Source: Lama glama (Eukaryota). From it: a stretch of DNA of 64,000 nucleotides. A program made the translations under genes and the position numbers. The DNA lies in contig CM052818.1 in the NCBI GenBank assembly GCA_028534125.1, positions 19,470,001 through 19,534,000 of the forward strand, written 5' to 3'. Each line of letters starts with the position of its first letter. The first letter of the stretch is position 1. Of the stretch, positions 12,235-25,189 are shown one piece after another. The notes beneath the pieces were generated by a model. The model did not search any database. It was not told where the DNA came from and saw nothing but the letters and a program-made list of their open reading frames with translations.

Positions 12235-12735
12235 GTCTGTGAACTTGAGATATCTTTCCATTTATTTGTATCTTCTTCAATTTCTTTTGTCAATATATTA
12301 TAGTTTTCAGTGTACAGATCTTTCATCTCCTTAGTTAAATTTATTTCTATGTATTTTATGTTTTTGATGATATTGTAAATGAGATTGTTTTCTTAATTTC
12401 TCCTCAGATAGTTCATTGTTAGTGTATAGAAACTCAACTGATTTTTGTATGCTGTTTTTGTATGCTACAACTTGACTGAATTTGCTTATTAGTCCAAACA
12501 GTTTTTTCCTGGAGTCTTTTGAGTTTTTAATATATGAGAGCATGTTACCTGCAAATAGGGATAATTTTACTTCTTCCTTTACAATTTGGATGCCTTTTAT
12601 TTCTTTTCCTTGCCTGATTATTCTGGCTAGGACTTCCAGTACCATGTTGAATAAGAATGGGGAAACAGGCACCCTTGTCCTATTCCTGACCTTTGAGGAA
12701 AAGCTTTTAGCTTTTTGCCATTGAGTATGTGACAT
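12235..12735 (-). mobile_element. L1 ORF2 reverse-transcriptase fragment
   Basis: Track ORF 12331-12735 reads SPFLFNMVLEVLARIIRQGKEIKGIQIVKEEVKLSLFAGNM, i.e. L1 RT with a decayed FADD motif. Confidence 0.9.
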
Positions 12736-13092
12736 TTGCTGTGGGTCACCCAGCTGAGTTTAATCTCTCCCTATCCCCCAGATCTCCTATATTTATTTTA
12801 GTATTGATGACATGTTTTATATTAGAATTGTTTGTGTAAATGCCTTCTCACTCCTGTATTCCTCACCACACCCAGCACTGTTCTTTACCAACAGAGCAGG
12901 CTCATTAATGGTGGTCAGTTGGGTTTGTTGAATCTAGTATATTTAAAATGTGATCAATTGTACAGCATTTTTCTACACACCACTGGAGGCATACTGTCAT
13001 AAAATTCATCGTGAAAAGTGAATATCTGTTGTATGTTTTGAAGCTCTGCCTTTAAAAATGTACCTTTTCCACTAGTAAAATAGAAAATAGAG

Positions 13093-13260
13093 AGGAGGGT
13101 ATAGCTCAAGTGGTAGAGCACATGCTCAGCATGCATGAAGTCCTGGGTTCAATCCCCAGTACCTCCTCTTATGAATAAATGAATAAGTGAACTGAATTAC
13201 CTCCCCTCACACACACACACACACACACACACAAATAATTTAAAAATCAAAGAAAAGAAA
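13093..13260 (+). mobile_element. tRNA-Ala-derived camelid SINE (Vic-1-like) with (CA)n in the tail
   Basis: gggtatagctcaagtggtagagcacatgctcagcatgcatgaagtcctgggttcaatccccagtacctcc followed by an A-rich tail. Confidence 0.85.
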
Positions 13261-13374
13261 TTATATAATGTTGTATGGTCATAAAATAAAGGATTACAAA
13301 TGACAGATAATAAAATGAACGGAGTCTGAGACTTATGCTAATCTATTACTTGTGTCCTTGTCCATTCTGTGTAG

Positions 13375-13439
13375 TCAGTTAAGCTTTCTCCAGGACAGTA
13401 CGATCTCCTTCCTGCACCGGTTCCCAAGCACGCTTGCAG
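13375..13439 (+). CDS. STPG4: STPG4 exon 4 (SVKLSPGQYDLLPAPVPKHACR)
   Basis: tgtAG acceptor, AG|GTAATT donor, 65 nt, phase 0/2. SPGQY repeat. Confidence 0.92.
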
Positions 13440-13655
13440 GTAATTACATACTTATTAAGTTGCTTTTACTAATTTTACTCATGCCTTTCTATTTACATAC
13501 TTAACAGCCAACACTAATGACTTTTAAACCTAATTCATGCCCATCATGTCCAGATTCGCATTTTTAAATATTTAATGAGAGAGAGTATGTTAAAGATCCT
13601 CACGTTAAAAAATAGATTTAGAAAATCATATCTTTTTTTTTTTTTTTTAATATAG

Positions 13656-13710
13656 GAGCTTCACATTCCGTTCTACAGTTCAAAGATTTCCGACAGGCTA
13701 CTTCACTCCT
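13656..13710 (+). CDS. STPG4: STPG4 exon 5 (SFTFRSTVQRFPTGYFTP)
   Basis: Long poly-T tract and atAG acceptor, GTAAGT donor, 55 nt. Restores frame with exon 4 (65+55=120). Confidence 0.92.
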
Positions 13711-14809
13711 GTAAGTATATTGTAGACCATGAACTCATGATGTATTTGATGTGTAAAATATGCAGTGATTCCTTTTGATGTATCAAGATTAACATTTTGC
13801 TCATCACAGTAGAAAAGCAATGAATGATTAATCTAATTGACTTAAGATATAGTTAAAATATATCTGAAGATACGCTGGGGATTTCCACATAAGTAACCCA
13901 TATGTGTCAAGTTATAGAAGAAAAGTAAAAGCTCAACTTTCTTTAGGTCTTGACTTATATGACCTTCTCACTGAGGTCGTAGTTAGTCACCTGTTCAGTA
14001 TTTCCTGTCCCACTTTCTTAGCTTATTTTTCTCCAGTCTGATACACTACATTTAATGTTTACCTATCTTCTTATCTGTCTCCCCCACTAGAATGTAAGCT
14101 TCACAAAGGTGGGGATTTTTGTCTGTTTTTATCCTGTGTACCTAGCACCTAGAAAAATGGCTGGCACATAGTATTTGTTAGATTAATTAATTATTAAAAT
14201 CATCAGAGATATTCAGTAGATTACTGTATTAACAGCAGGAAGAAAAAATATTACTAGTTTCTTTCCTTTCAAAAATGTGAAAATGCTTTCCTGTTTCTAA
14301 AAATTTTCAAGTACACATACATATAGTTGATAAATATGAGCTCTTTTAGGTAAGTAACTAATCAGTAAGATGCCAAAAAATAAAAAAGAAAGAATAAGAA
14401 AATATGAAGTTGTTTGGGAGTATTCTGATGGACTATTGTTATTTATTTGTAACTAGAAACCAGAATCTCAGGAGACAAAAGACATATTGTAAACATATGA
14501 ACGAAAAATTAAGAAAACTGAATGGAGCTGAAAAACAGATTCTAGAATATAGAAGACCTTTATATTTGATGAGGATGGTGTGACAAAGCAGTAGGGTAAA
14601 GGAGAGATATTTTGTGCTAGATAATTGATTAATTAACTTGAAAAAATTAGATTCTTTATAAACATACTAAAGTAAACTCCATATTGATTAAAGAATTAAG
14701 TACTTCTGAAACTATATATCTAATTTTAGAATAAGGCAGATTTTCTGAAATAACAGCAATGAATGAATTACAGAGGAAAAAAGTATTAGATTTGATTATA
14801 TAACTTAAA

Positions 14810-14873
14810 AATTGAAGTAAAGTTCATTTACAATGTTGTGCTAGTTTTTGGTGTACAGCAAAGTGATTCAGTC

Positions 14874-14929
<56 letters not shown>

Positions 14930-15285
14930 TCTTTTTCATTTCTTTTCCATTATGATTTATTGCAGGATGTTGAATATAGTTCCTCGTGCTATACAGTAGG
15001 ACCTTGTTGTTTATCTAATTTATATATGGTAATTTGTACATGCTATCCCAAACTCCTAATTTATCCCCTATTCCCTTTCACCTTTGGTAACTATAAATTT
15101 ATTTTCTGTGTCTGTGAGTCTGTTTCTGTTTTCTGAATAAGCTCATTTGTATCATATTTTAGATTCCATATATAAGTGAAATCATGATACTTATCTTTCT
15201 CTGTCTGACTTAATTTCACTTTTATGTACATTCATGTTGCTGCAAATGGCATTATTTCATTCTTCTTATGGCTGAGTAGTATTCC

Positions 15286-15330
<45 letters not shown>

Positions 15331-15765
15331 ATGTGTGTATATACACCCCCCATCCCACAGCTTCTTCATCCAGTCATCTGTCAATGGACATTTAGGTTGC
15401 TTGCATGTCTTGGCTATTGTAAATAGTGCTGCTGTGAACATTGGGGTGCATATGTCTTTTCGAATTCGAGTTTTCTGCAGGTAGATGCCCAGAAGTGGGA
15501 TTGCTGGATCATATGGTAACTCTATTTTTAGTTTTTTAAGGATACTATTTTCCATAGTGGCTGCACCAATTTATATTCCCGTCAACAGTGCAGGAAGGTT
15601 CCCTTTTCTCCACACCCTCTCCAGCATTTATTACTTGTAGACTTTTTGATGATAGCCATTCTGAGTTGTGTGAGGTGCTACCTTATTGTAGTTTTGATTT
15701 GCATTTCTCTAATAATTAGCGATGTTGAGCATCTTTTCACGTGCCTGTTGGCCACGTATATGTCT
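14810..15765 (-). mobile_element. L1 3' region (ORF2 end and 3'UTR) with two (TG)n microsatellites
   Basis: [17 protein letters not shown]...CTPMFTAALFTIAK. (TG)n at about 14881-14927 and 15288-15320. Confidence 0.9.
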
Positions 15766-18133
15766 AGAAGTTCTCTTAATTCCTGTTTCTGGGTCCAGTT
15801 AAGGCTCTAGTTCTCACAGTGCCTGAGGCTCCTGGGTCCAGATCTCCGGTGCAGGCTCCCTGGAAACAAACCCCTCTCTCTTCCATAAGGATGTGGGAAG
15901 AATAGGTAACTGACTGTTGGGGGTTAGATGCGTAGGGACCCAGGCAAAAGATGCTCAACCAGTTCTCCTGCTTTCAGCCTCACCCTCACCTCCACCTCAC
16001 AAGTACCTAATGCCTGAAATTCCTGAGCTTTTCTTGGGTTCTGTGGAGCAAATCAGCCCACTTCTCACTGGCAGGCCCTGTCCGTGCACTGGGCTTCAGC
16101 TTTCTCCACCCTGCTACGTCAGGTACTGTTCCTCCAAACTGCTTCACATCTTCCCCAAATACATGATCTCTGTTGACTGTTGTCTCTTCTCTTGGTTCTG
16201 TGTGTGTGTGTGTGTACAGGTGTGTGTGTCTGTGGGGAGGAGACAGGAATGCCTTTTCTATTTGACAAGGGAGGAATGAAGATAAACTCATGTGTTCAGT
16301 TGGCTTTGGCAACAAGCAGTCAGGACATCAGTTTGTCCCCGCGCTGGGTAATATCGTACTTCCTTTGAAATGCATGCTTTAGATGAATGCCATGAGTTAA
16401 TAACGATTTGTTTACTTTTGTTTACTATTAGTAAACAGACTCAATTAAAATTAATTTGGTTTTAGTTCAGTATGGGCTTCCCTAAGCAGCTTGGTACGTG
16501 AAAGAGCACAGAGTGGCTGGTTCTGATCGCTTTTGCTTTTTTTCTCACTGCTTTTATGGGGGGAGAAGATATTTGGAGATTCTTATTCTGCCATTTTCAC
16601 TGATGTCACCTCATCCATTACATTTTATAAATAAAAGTGATTCACTGATTTGGAACATCCTGTCTTTCAACAAAGTGAAAGGAATACTTTCATGGAAAAT
16701 GTTCCAAGACAAAGAAATAGCCCAGGGCTGTGATTCATGTCAGTCCTAAACTTCCATTCCCAGAGCAGACTTGTGGGTTTGGTTTAGACCCACAAATCTG
16801 GGAACTGCAGAGAGCAACTGGCCTTTGATCCCAATGGTGGGAGATAGTGGCACTTGGTGTGAGTGTGGTAAAGAAATGATGCTTGCTAGGAAAACGTTAT
16901 CTCACAACTTCTTGAAATAAATGCATTAATCCTTAGACCTTTATCTGAAAACTCATTTGATCACTTTTATCATTCAGCTTAATTGTCCTGGAAATAAACA
17001 TCATAGTCACAGAATTGTTAGGGACTCTCAGAGCTGGAGGAGTACTTACCTACTTTATTAGGCTTTGATGATGATGATGATTTTCATTCATTAGGTGTTT
17101 TCTGGTGCCAGGCATGGTGCTGGGTGACTGACATATCCTGTCTCATTCATTTCTTATGGCAATGGGGTGGGGTGCAATTGATCATCTTTATCTGCTAGGT
17201 TAGGTAACAGAAGTCAGTTGCCCAAGGTAGAGCCAGAGCTTAGACCCAGTCTACGGTGACCTCAGAACCTAGGCTCTAAGCTGCACTGTCCATGAGTGAG
17301 CATGAACAAGTGACATGCTTAATGTCTTTAGACATTAAGTCCTGGGATGTCCTCCTGCCAGCCTGCCTGTTAGGCCCTGATCTTTGAAGATCCTTACAAT
17401 GGATGGCTACAGCTTAGGCTCCTGCTGAGAGCCTTGCTACACTGGCCATATTTTTCCCTGGGCCACCTTTAGGTGTTAGAACTTCTGGTTTTCCCTTCGC
17501 AATATCTCTTTGTAGAAAGCTGGACTCAGCTGAGTCTAGCTGACTTCAGTGGAAGTTCTGTCACCTAGTCTACAAATCTTTTTTGGGTGGCTAAGTGTGT
17601 GAGGCCCCATGCCGGGGGGCATTGTTGAGCGTTCAAAGACAAATGAGACATTTGATCATTATTCTCCCTGCCCCCTCGTTGACACTCCAAAGTCAACAAC
17701 CCACCCAACATGTCCACAGATAAGCACACACAAACTTACACACATTACCCAAGAGTCTGTTTCACAGTGCCTGCAACTGATTGGGTGGGACCACATGGCT
17801 TAGCGGGCTCCACTAGAAACGTGACACCCAAAATTAGACACTGATGACTCAGCTTCAGATTATCTGTTGGTAGAAGCACAGGTAGGTTCTTCCCTCCAGC
17901 AGCCACCTCCAAACCTTTCTGATGCATGTTCTTATAAGTGTCCCAGTAAGTGCTGACTCCAGGTGGAGCAAGGAGATAAGGGCCGGAAGGGTGGAGGAAG
18001 GAGATAAGGGCCGGAAGGGAGAAAAGGCCTTGGGTGAGGAGAGGGATACCCATACCTCTCCCTTCAGAGTGCAGATCCTGAGCAAAAGTCAAGGAAACCA
18101 AAGCGCTGGTTGTCCTCCTGTTCTGGAAAAATG

Positions 18134-18487
18134 TGTTACAGCTCGGTGTCACAGCTCAGTTGTGACAGTAACCTGAATCCGGGCGAGAGACCGAGCAGCA
18201 CTAGAGAGCTGGAGAACTTAGGTTTATTATGCCAGTGGGCCCAGAGGAGGTAACACTCCAAGCTCTGGACCTCATCTGTAGGTTTACACAGGCCTTTATA
18301 GGCTGTCAGTTTTATACTTTGCAACATCATATGCAAATAAAGTATAACAGAAGTTGACCAACCAGGAATAAGCTTTGTAGAAATAGACCAATCAGGAGTG
18401 AGAGAAATAACCAATCAGGAGTGAGAGAATGGACCAATCAGGAGTGAGAGAAATAACCAATTAGGAGTGAGCTCCATGCAAATGAAG
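18134..18487 (-). mobile_element. ERV LTR (U5-R-part of U3), cut by the assembly gap
   Basis: Order on the - strand: CCAAT-box array, TATAAA (18295-18300), AATAAA (18223-18228), terminal CA near 18134. Confidence 0.7.
18379..18471. repeat. 4 x 23-bp tandem repeat (agaaataaCCAATcaggagtgag)
   Basis: CCAAT starts at 18388, 18411, 18434 and 18457. Confidence 0.92.
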
Positions 18488-18987
18488 NNNNNNNNNNNNN
18501 NNNNNNNNNNNNNNNNNNNNNNNNNNNNNNNNNNNNNNNNNNNNNNNNNNNNNNNNNNNNNNNNNNNNNNNNNNNNNNNNNNNNNNNNNNNNNNNNNNNN
18601 NNNNNNNNNNNNNNNNNNNNNNNNNNNNNNNNNNNNNNNNNNNNNNNNNNNNNNNNNNNNNNNNNNNNNNNNNNNNNNNNNNNNNNNNNNNNNNNNNNNN
18701 NNNNNNNNNNNNNNNNNNNNNNNNNNNNNNNNNNNNNNNNNNNNNNNNNNNNNNNNNNNNNNNNNNNNNNNNNNNNNNNNNNNNNNNNNNNNNNNNNNNN
18801 NNNNNNNNNNNNNNNNNNNNNNNNNNNNNNNNNNNNNNNNNNNNNNNNNNNNNNNNNNNNNNNNNNNNNNNNNNNNNNNNNNNNNNNNNNNNNNNNNNNN
18901 NNNNNNNNNNNNNNNNNNNNNNNNNNNNNNNNNNNNNNNNNNNNNNNNNNNNNNNNNNNNNNNNNNNNNNNNNNNNNNNNNNNNNNN
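18488..18987. other. Assembly gap (500 N)
   Basis: Run of N. The round length suggests a placeholder size. Confidence 1.
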
Positions 18988-19652
18988 ATATACCACTTCT
19001 TCTTTATCTGGTCATCTGTTCATGGACATTTAGGCTGCTTCCATGTCTTGGCTTCTGTAAATAGTGCTGCTATGAACATTGGGGTGCAGGTGTCTTTTTG
19101 AAGTAGGGTTCCTTCTGGATATAAGCCCAGGAATGGGATTCCTGGGTCATATGGTAAGTCTATTCCTAGTCTTTTGAGGAATCTCCATACTGTTTTCCAC
19201 AGTGGCTGCACCAAACTGCATTCCCACCGGCAGTGTAGGAGGGTTCTCCTTTCTCCACAGCCTCTCCAGCATTTGTCACGTGTGGACTTTTGAATGATGG
19301 CCATTCTGACTGGTGATACCTCATCATAGTTTTGATTTGCATTTCTCTGATTAGTGATATTGAGCATTTTTCCATATGCCTATTGATCATTTGTATTTCT
19401 TCCTTGGAGAATTGCTTGTTTAGGTCTTCTGCCCATTTTTGGATTGGGTTATTTGTTTTTTTCTTGTTAAGTCGTATGAGCTGCTTATATATTCTGGAGA
19501 TCAAGCCTTTGTCGGTTCCATTTGCAAAAATTTTATCCCATTCTGTAGGTTGTTTTGTTTTACTTACGGTTTCCTTTGCTGTGCAGAAGCTTGTAAGTTT
19601 CATTAGGTCCCATTTGTTTATTCTTGCTTTTAGAATAAACAAATGGGACCTA
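18988..19652 (-). mobile_element. L1 ORF2 C-terminal fragment ending in a fold-back inversion
   Basis: [34 protein letters not shown] and [18 protein letters not shown]. Confidence 0.9.
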
Positions 19653-19675
19653 TGCACTTTTTATTTTAGTTTTTT

Positions 19676-19854
19676 TTTTTTGAAGTTTAAAATTTTTTTT
19701 TTACATTTTTTATTGATTCATAATCATTTTACAGTGTTGTGTCAAATTCCAGTGTTCAGCACAATTTTTCAGTCATTCATGGACATGTACACACTCATTG
19801 TCACATTTTTTTCTCTGTGATTTATCATAACATTTTGAGTATATTTCCCTGTGC
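19676..19854 (-). mobile_element. Short L1 3' end
   Basis: Same family as 9907-10160. TSD TTATTTTAGTTTTTT at about 19661 and 19855. Confidence 0.8.
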
Positions 19855-20245
19855 TTATTTTAGTTTTTTGATGCAGTGAATTTGTCCCAATAGGCTTAGA
19901 ATGAATAACATCCTCCTTGGGGCTCTGAGGCCCTGCCTATTTTGGTCTTCCCTAATCCTTCTCATTACTGCTTCCTACACAGACCCTTCCTCTAGCCTTT
20001 TTGCCCTGCAAACTCTTCCTCCTTGTTCTTTAGATGTCAGCTCAAATGTACTTCCTTAAAGGGCTTCTTAGGCCCCTCAGACCAGATCAGTTTCCCTTTT
20101 ACATACTCTCCCATGGCACCATCTGTGTCCTCTGTGCGATACTCCACACATTTGTCATATTTTTGTAGGGTATACATTCCCTACTAGAATGTAAATCCCG
20201 TGAGATGAGGAAACATGTCTATCTTGTCAATTAAGACTGAGTTCT

Positions 20246-20332
20246 GGGGGGAGGGTATAGCTCAAGTGGTAGAGTGCATGCTTAGCATTCACAAGGTTCT
20301 GGGTTCAATCCCCTCTAAAAGAAAAAGAATAA
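20246..20332 (+). mobile_element. Vic-1-like SINE (short)
   Basis: tRNA-Ala-like head and A-tail. TSD-like tgagttctg on both sides. Confidence 0.85.
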
Positions 20333-20344
20333 TGAGTTCTGCTG

Positions 20345-20760
20345 CCACTAACAGAGACTCCTAATAACAATACTAGAAACCAGATAAGAACCTGTTTCTC
20401 TCTTATATAAAGTCCCTGCAGGAGGCACTTCAGGGCTGGTGTGGCAATTCTGCAGCATCAGATTTCTGTGTGCTGCTCTGCTAAGTACAGATTCCATTCC
20501 CAAGGTCCCAGAGAGCTGAGAGCACGGGACTAGCTGGCAGGCTGGAGGGCAGGGAAAATGGACAAGCTGCCCCTCCTTTAGGATGCTCCTTGGAATTTGT
20601 GTATACTTCTTCCACCTCCATCCTTTTGGCCAGAAATTAGCTACGTAGCCAGACCTAGCTGCAAGGGAGGCTGAGAAATTTATCTTTGTTCTGGGTAGAC
20701 ATGTGCTCAGTTAAAAATTGTCCTAACTAAGGAATTAGGAGAACAGAGATTGGGAGACAG
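20345..20760. mobile_element. Old MaLR LTR (MLT1J-like)
   Basis: ttggccagaaattagctacgtagccagacctagctgcaagggaggctgagaaat resembles recalled MLT1 sequence. Confidence 0.55.
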
Positions 20761-20873
20761 TTGTACACCACTGTCTTTCCAGTTCCCAGCACACTATCTG
20801 GCACATTGTATATTGTTTAAATGAAGAAATGAGCCATATTCATTATTCATTCATATTCATTACATATTTCTTA

Positions 20874-21380
20874 TGTATTCATTTGCTAGGGCTGCCATAA
20901 CAAAGGACTAAAGACTGAGTGGCTTAAACAACAGAAATTTATTGTCTCAGGTGTAGAGGCTAGAAGTCCAAGAAAGGTGCCAGCGGTGTTGGTTCCTTCT
21001 GAGTGAGGGAAACTCAGTACCCTGTCTCTCTCATGGTTTCCCGTGGTTTGCTGGCCGTCTTTGGCATTCCTTGGTTTGTAGATCTCTGCCTTCATCTTCA
21101 TATGATATTTTCCTCGTGTGAGTGTCTCTGTGTCCAAAATCCCCCCTTTTTGAAGGACACCATTCATATTGGATTAGGGCCCATCCTAATGACCTCATCT
21201 TAACTTATTACACCTGGGGTGACCCTATTTCCAAATAAGGTCACATTGTGAGGTACTAGGAATTCCACATTCACAGAACTTAAAAATTTGCGGTGGGGTG
21301 GGCAGGTGGATACCATAATTCAACACAACAAAAAAATTCATAGGGTTTATGAATTTGGGGAGGACATAATTCAATACACA
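20874..21380 (-). mobile_element. MaLR LTR (MLT1B/C-like)
   Basis: tgtattcatttgctagggctgccataacaaa...aacaacagaaatttattgtctca...gacctcatcttaactt. Confidence 0.8.
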
Positions 21381-22239
21381 AAAGCTTGGGGTCATGTCAT
21401 CTACTCTCAAGAGTCTTCCAGAGGCACCTGGCACCTTTCAATCCCTGAGCCATGCCATCCTCTCAGCCCTGGAGGAGGACTGTACTCAGTGAGGGGTGAA
21501 GGAACGAGGCAGGGCTTTTACCAAAGACCTGTGACGGTACTGAGAGTTAGCACGTTAGAAGCTGAAACCAAGTAAGTCACGAAGTCCAAGATCAAGTCTA
21601 TGGTGTGTCTTTATAGTATGACAGGGTCCCCAGAGCACTCCAGAAAAGTGAGTAGGACCTGTGCTTTGCAGTAGGTAGGAAGCTCCTGCCCTGTGTAACA
21701 CTCCACTGAGATCACACTTAGCTGACACAGGCCAGATGCACAAGGGCCTGGTTTGGAATCTTGAAGCCATACAGTGAGCTCTACCCTCACTCAGCACCCT
21801 CCCAGCTCCTCCCAGCTTCATTTTTCCTTTTACGCTGTCTTTGTTTGGTTCTGCCTGTGTCCCTCACTGGACTATAAACTCCTCTGAGGTCAAAGATAAT
21901 GTTTTATTCATCTATGTAATCCTTACAGCTCTTGTTGGTTAAAGTTGTCCTCAAGTTGAAGCTCAGTTAAAGAAGACTTTTTCAAAGGAAAGAGAAAGAT
22001 CTGATCATCTCATCAGCACCAACTGCCAATTGCCCATGAAGAGTTTAGTTTGGAAACCCAGAGTTGCCAAAGCATGGCCCTCACAATAGCAAAGTTTAAG
22101 GAATGGTCCGTCTGATCTGTGCAAGAGGTGCTTAGTGCTGCTGGCACCCTTCACCCATACAGGGTACCTAACGTGGGCCAGAGCTCTGCATTGCGCTCAG
22201 GGATCACCCAGTAAATGAGAGACACAGTTAAATGTCCTT

Positions 22240-22450
22240 TTTTAAAAAAATTGAAGTGTCGTTCATGTACAATATTATATAAGTTACAGGTGTACAATAT
22301 AGTGATTCACAGTTTTTAAAGGTTATGCCCCATTTATAGTTATAAAATATTGGCTCTATTCCCTGCATTGTACAATAGATCCTTGTAGCTTATTTTATAC
22401 ATTGTAGTTTGTACCTCTTAACCTCCTACCTCTGTATTGCTCCTCCCTGT
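22240..22450 (-). mobile_element. L1 3' end fragment
   Basis: aattgaagt...caggtgtacaatatagtgattcacagtttttaaaggttat. Confidence 0.75.
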
Positions 22451-25189
22451 CCTTGTTTTAAACACCCTTCCATTGAACTTGGCCCATTTCTCGACACACA
22501 TTCAGAGCCATCCTGGACTGAGTCCCCTTCCCTCCTTTCAGTTCTGCCCACTCACCGTCCTCAGACGGGGCGGAAGCGGGGCCTCTGCTCGAGCTGCTTC
22601 CTACCTGTTGCAGGACCCTGGCCCAATCATTACTTCTCACTTAGAACAGCATTCCTGTGGCTTTGGAATATGAACAGGGGCCTGTATCCACTTCCCTAAT
22701 GTCCCCATGTGACACATGGGGGCAAATAGCATTCAGTGGTTTCCTTCTGCCACAAGTCTTAGTCCCTTTGATTCAGGTGACCAAGCACAAGGGAGGCTGC
22801 TGGCTGGCACTGGCACATACCAGGGCTTCGCTGGGCCTGGCACCTGGCCTCTCAAGTTGCTCGTGACTTGGAAGCTTAGAAATGAAAGCTACATGAGGCG
22901 CGAGGGGAAAGGGTGCTGCGTTTCTTAGCATCCCACAGACGGCTGAGCTGGCATAGGCGTGGAGTCAATGGGAGCGCCCTCAGCAGCCATCACTAGCCAT
23001 CACTCTGGCTTGAGAACACTGCATTTACTGTGGCCAAACCAAGGGGACTTTGCACAAACTGTTTCTTTCCAGATTCCCCCGACTTTCTATGCCTGTGTTC
23101 TTGTGCTGGCTCAGACTTCTCCGGTGGGAGTGCAGAGGTCACTCAGTACAGAGAGCCTTGTCCCTTTGGCGATCTCTGTCCCACGGGTGCAGGTTGAAAA
23201 CATTGCTGTTTTCATCTCTGCGCCATCGGTTGTGAAAAAGATGAGGCACATTCATCCCTTGATTATCAGATTTGTGCTTGGCTGCTAATAACAGACTCCA
23301 TCCATGGTGGGTAATTGAGAATGGCAGCCCTAATTACACTGCTGTGCCGCCCGCAGGAGAACAGGGTTTTGAAAGCCTTGTACTTAAATCCCAGGGAGGG
23401 TCTGCAGTTGGGTGCTTGTTCTGCCGAGTCCATTGGGCTAACCTGTGGCTCAGTCTCACCTGTTACAAGGATCTCACAGGATACTTTTCTGTTCTAACCT
23501 TACTGCTCATTTTATCTTTTTTCCCTACGACCTTCCTTTTCACTTACCCAGCTTCCATATTCATTTATCTATATGTTCGATATAATTTTATTTTGTATTT
23601 CAAGAGCACTGAAGTCTATGGTAGAAAAATTAGAAACTGCCAATAAGCGAAAAAAAAAAGTTTATTTTTACTCAACATGCTACCACCTGGAGGAAACTAC
23701 TGTTAGTGAACATTCTGTTTCCAGTTTTTTAACGCACAGTTTTTAAAGCTTGCCTTGTTCACTTAACAATATTTGCGAGTGGTGTTAATGGCCATAAAAA
23801 TTCATCAACCTGGATGGATGGAAAAATCACAGTATATTTAACCAGGCACATGTCATTGGTCATTTCATTTATTTCCAATTTTCCACTTTTAGAAACAATG
23901 TTATAGTGAATGTCTTTGTAGTCAAATATTTGCACATATTCTTAATTGTTTTCTTAGGAAGAATTCCTAAAAATGGAATTGCTATGTCAAAATAAAAATG
24001 TATATTGTCTTTAACTTTGTGTGGTAAAAACCTTACAAATACGTATTGCATAGACAGAACCCCCAGGTACCCATTCAGAAAGGATCAGCTCCTGGACAGT
24101 CTATACACCCACCCACTTTTCCTAGTTCCTGTGCTATTTAGAAACAGATCCAAGACATTGTGCTGGAAAGACTCATTTCTGTCAAATAGCACAGGTATTT
24201 GAAAATGGGAGAGGAAAAAAAGGGAATTGCTAGGAAAAAAAAAAAGAAAGTTAACATTTTGTGTACCTCATCTACTGTGGTGTTTGGGCTGTGTTAACAC
24301 TTTCCCTGCCATATCTGGGCTCAGGACCCATTTGTGTCCTGGATTCCTGCAACAATCCTGTAAACTGTCTCCTTTCTTCTTTCTCTCCCTTTGGATAGGT
24401 ATATATGTTTTTCAGCTGTTTCATACCTTGCCGGATTATACTCCAGTATCAAATGAATACTTCCACAAGAGTCATGTAGGAGTGTCCACGCTGTGGTTGA
24501 AGTTTTGGTTTCTCCCTCCTTCCCTTTCTCTCACTTTCTCTCTCTTTCCCTCTCTTTCCTTCTTTCCTAACCCCCACAAAAGTATCTCGTTGTTTTAATT
24601 AGAACTTACTGGGTTATTAATGACATTAAAGCCCACCTCCAGTTTCCTCATGGAATTTCCTCTTTGTGAATTACCTCTTGCTAACCTTTCTGCCGGGATG
24701 TTTGTCTTTTTAAAATTGTGTTCATCCGTTTGTATTAATCTCACAGCATTCTCCTTATGTCAGTGAATTGGTGTGAATATCCTCTTTTTTAGACTAAGAT
24801 AATAAATACTACATGTATATGAAAGAATGAGTGTGCTCTATAAAGCTAATAGCTCAGAGCAGCATGTCTGTAAGGGACAGGAATGAGTGAGGCCTGCTGG
24901 TGTGGACAGGGGGCCTGGCAGTGGGGAGGGCGTCTGGGCAGGGACTGGGGACTTCAGGTCACTTCCTCTCCAGTCTTCACAGTCATCCCAAGGCAGATAA
25001 AGCAGGTATTGTTCCTATTTCACAGTGACTTGTGCCAGGGCGCAACTTAATAAGGTCTTCCGAGCCCCAGTCCAGGAATTTTGCTGCCATATCACACTGA
25101 TTAATATGTTTCTTTGTGGAGGACAAACACAGCATAAAAATATATCAAATATTAGTAATTATGAAACACTTAAAATTATTTTTCTACAG

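Noticed and set aside
17970..18020. 22-bp direct repeat aaggagataagggccggaaggg
   Set aside because: Real two-copy micro-duplication in what looks like old LTR-type sequence, with no evidence of function.
18379..18471. CRISPR-like array
   Set aside because: Head-to-tail repeats with no unique spacers, no cas genes, and a mammalian LTR context.
18415..19033. Long ORFs of X residues
   Set aside because: Artefacts of the N gap.
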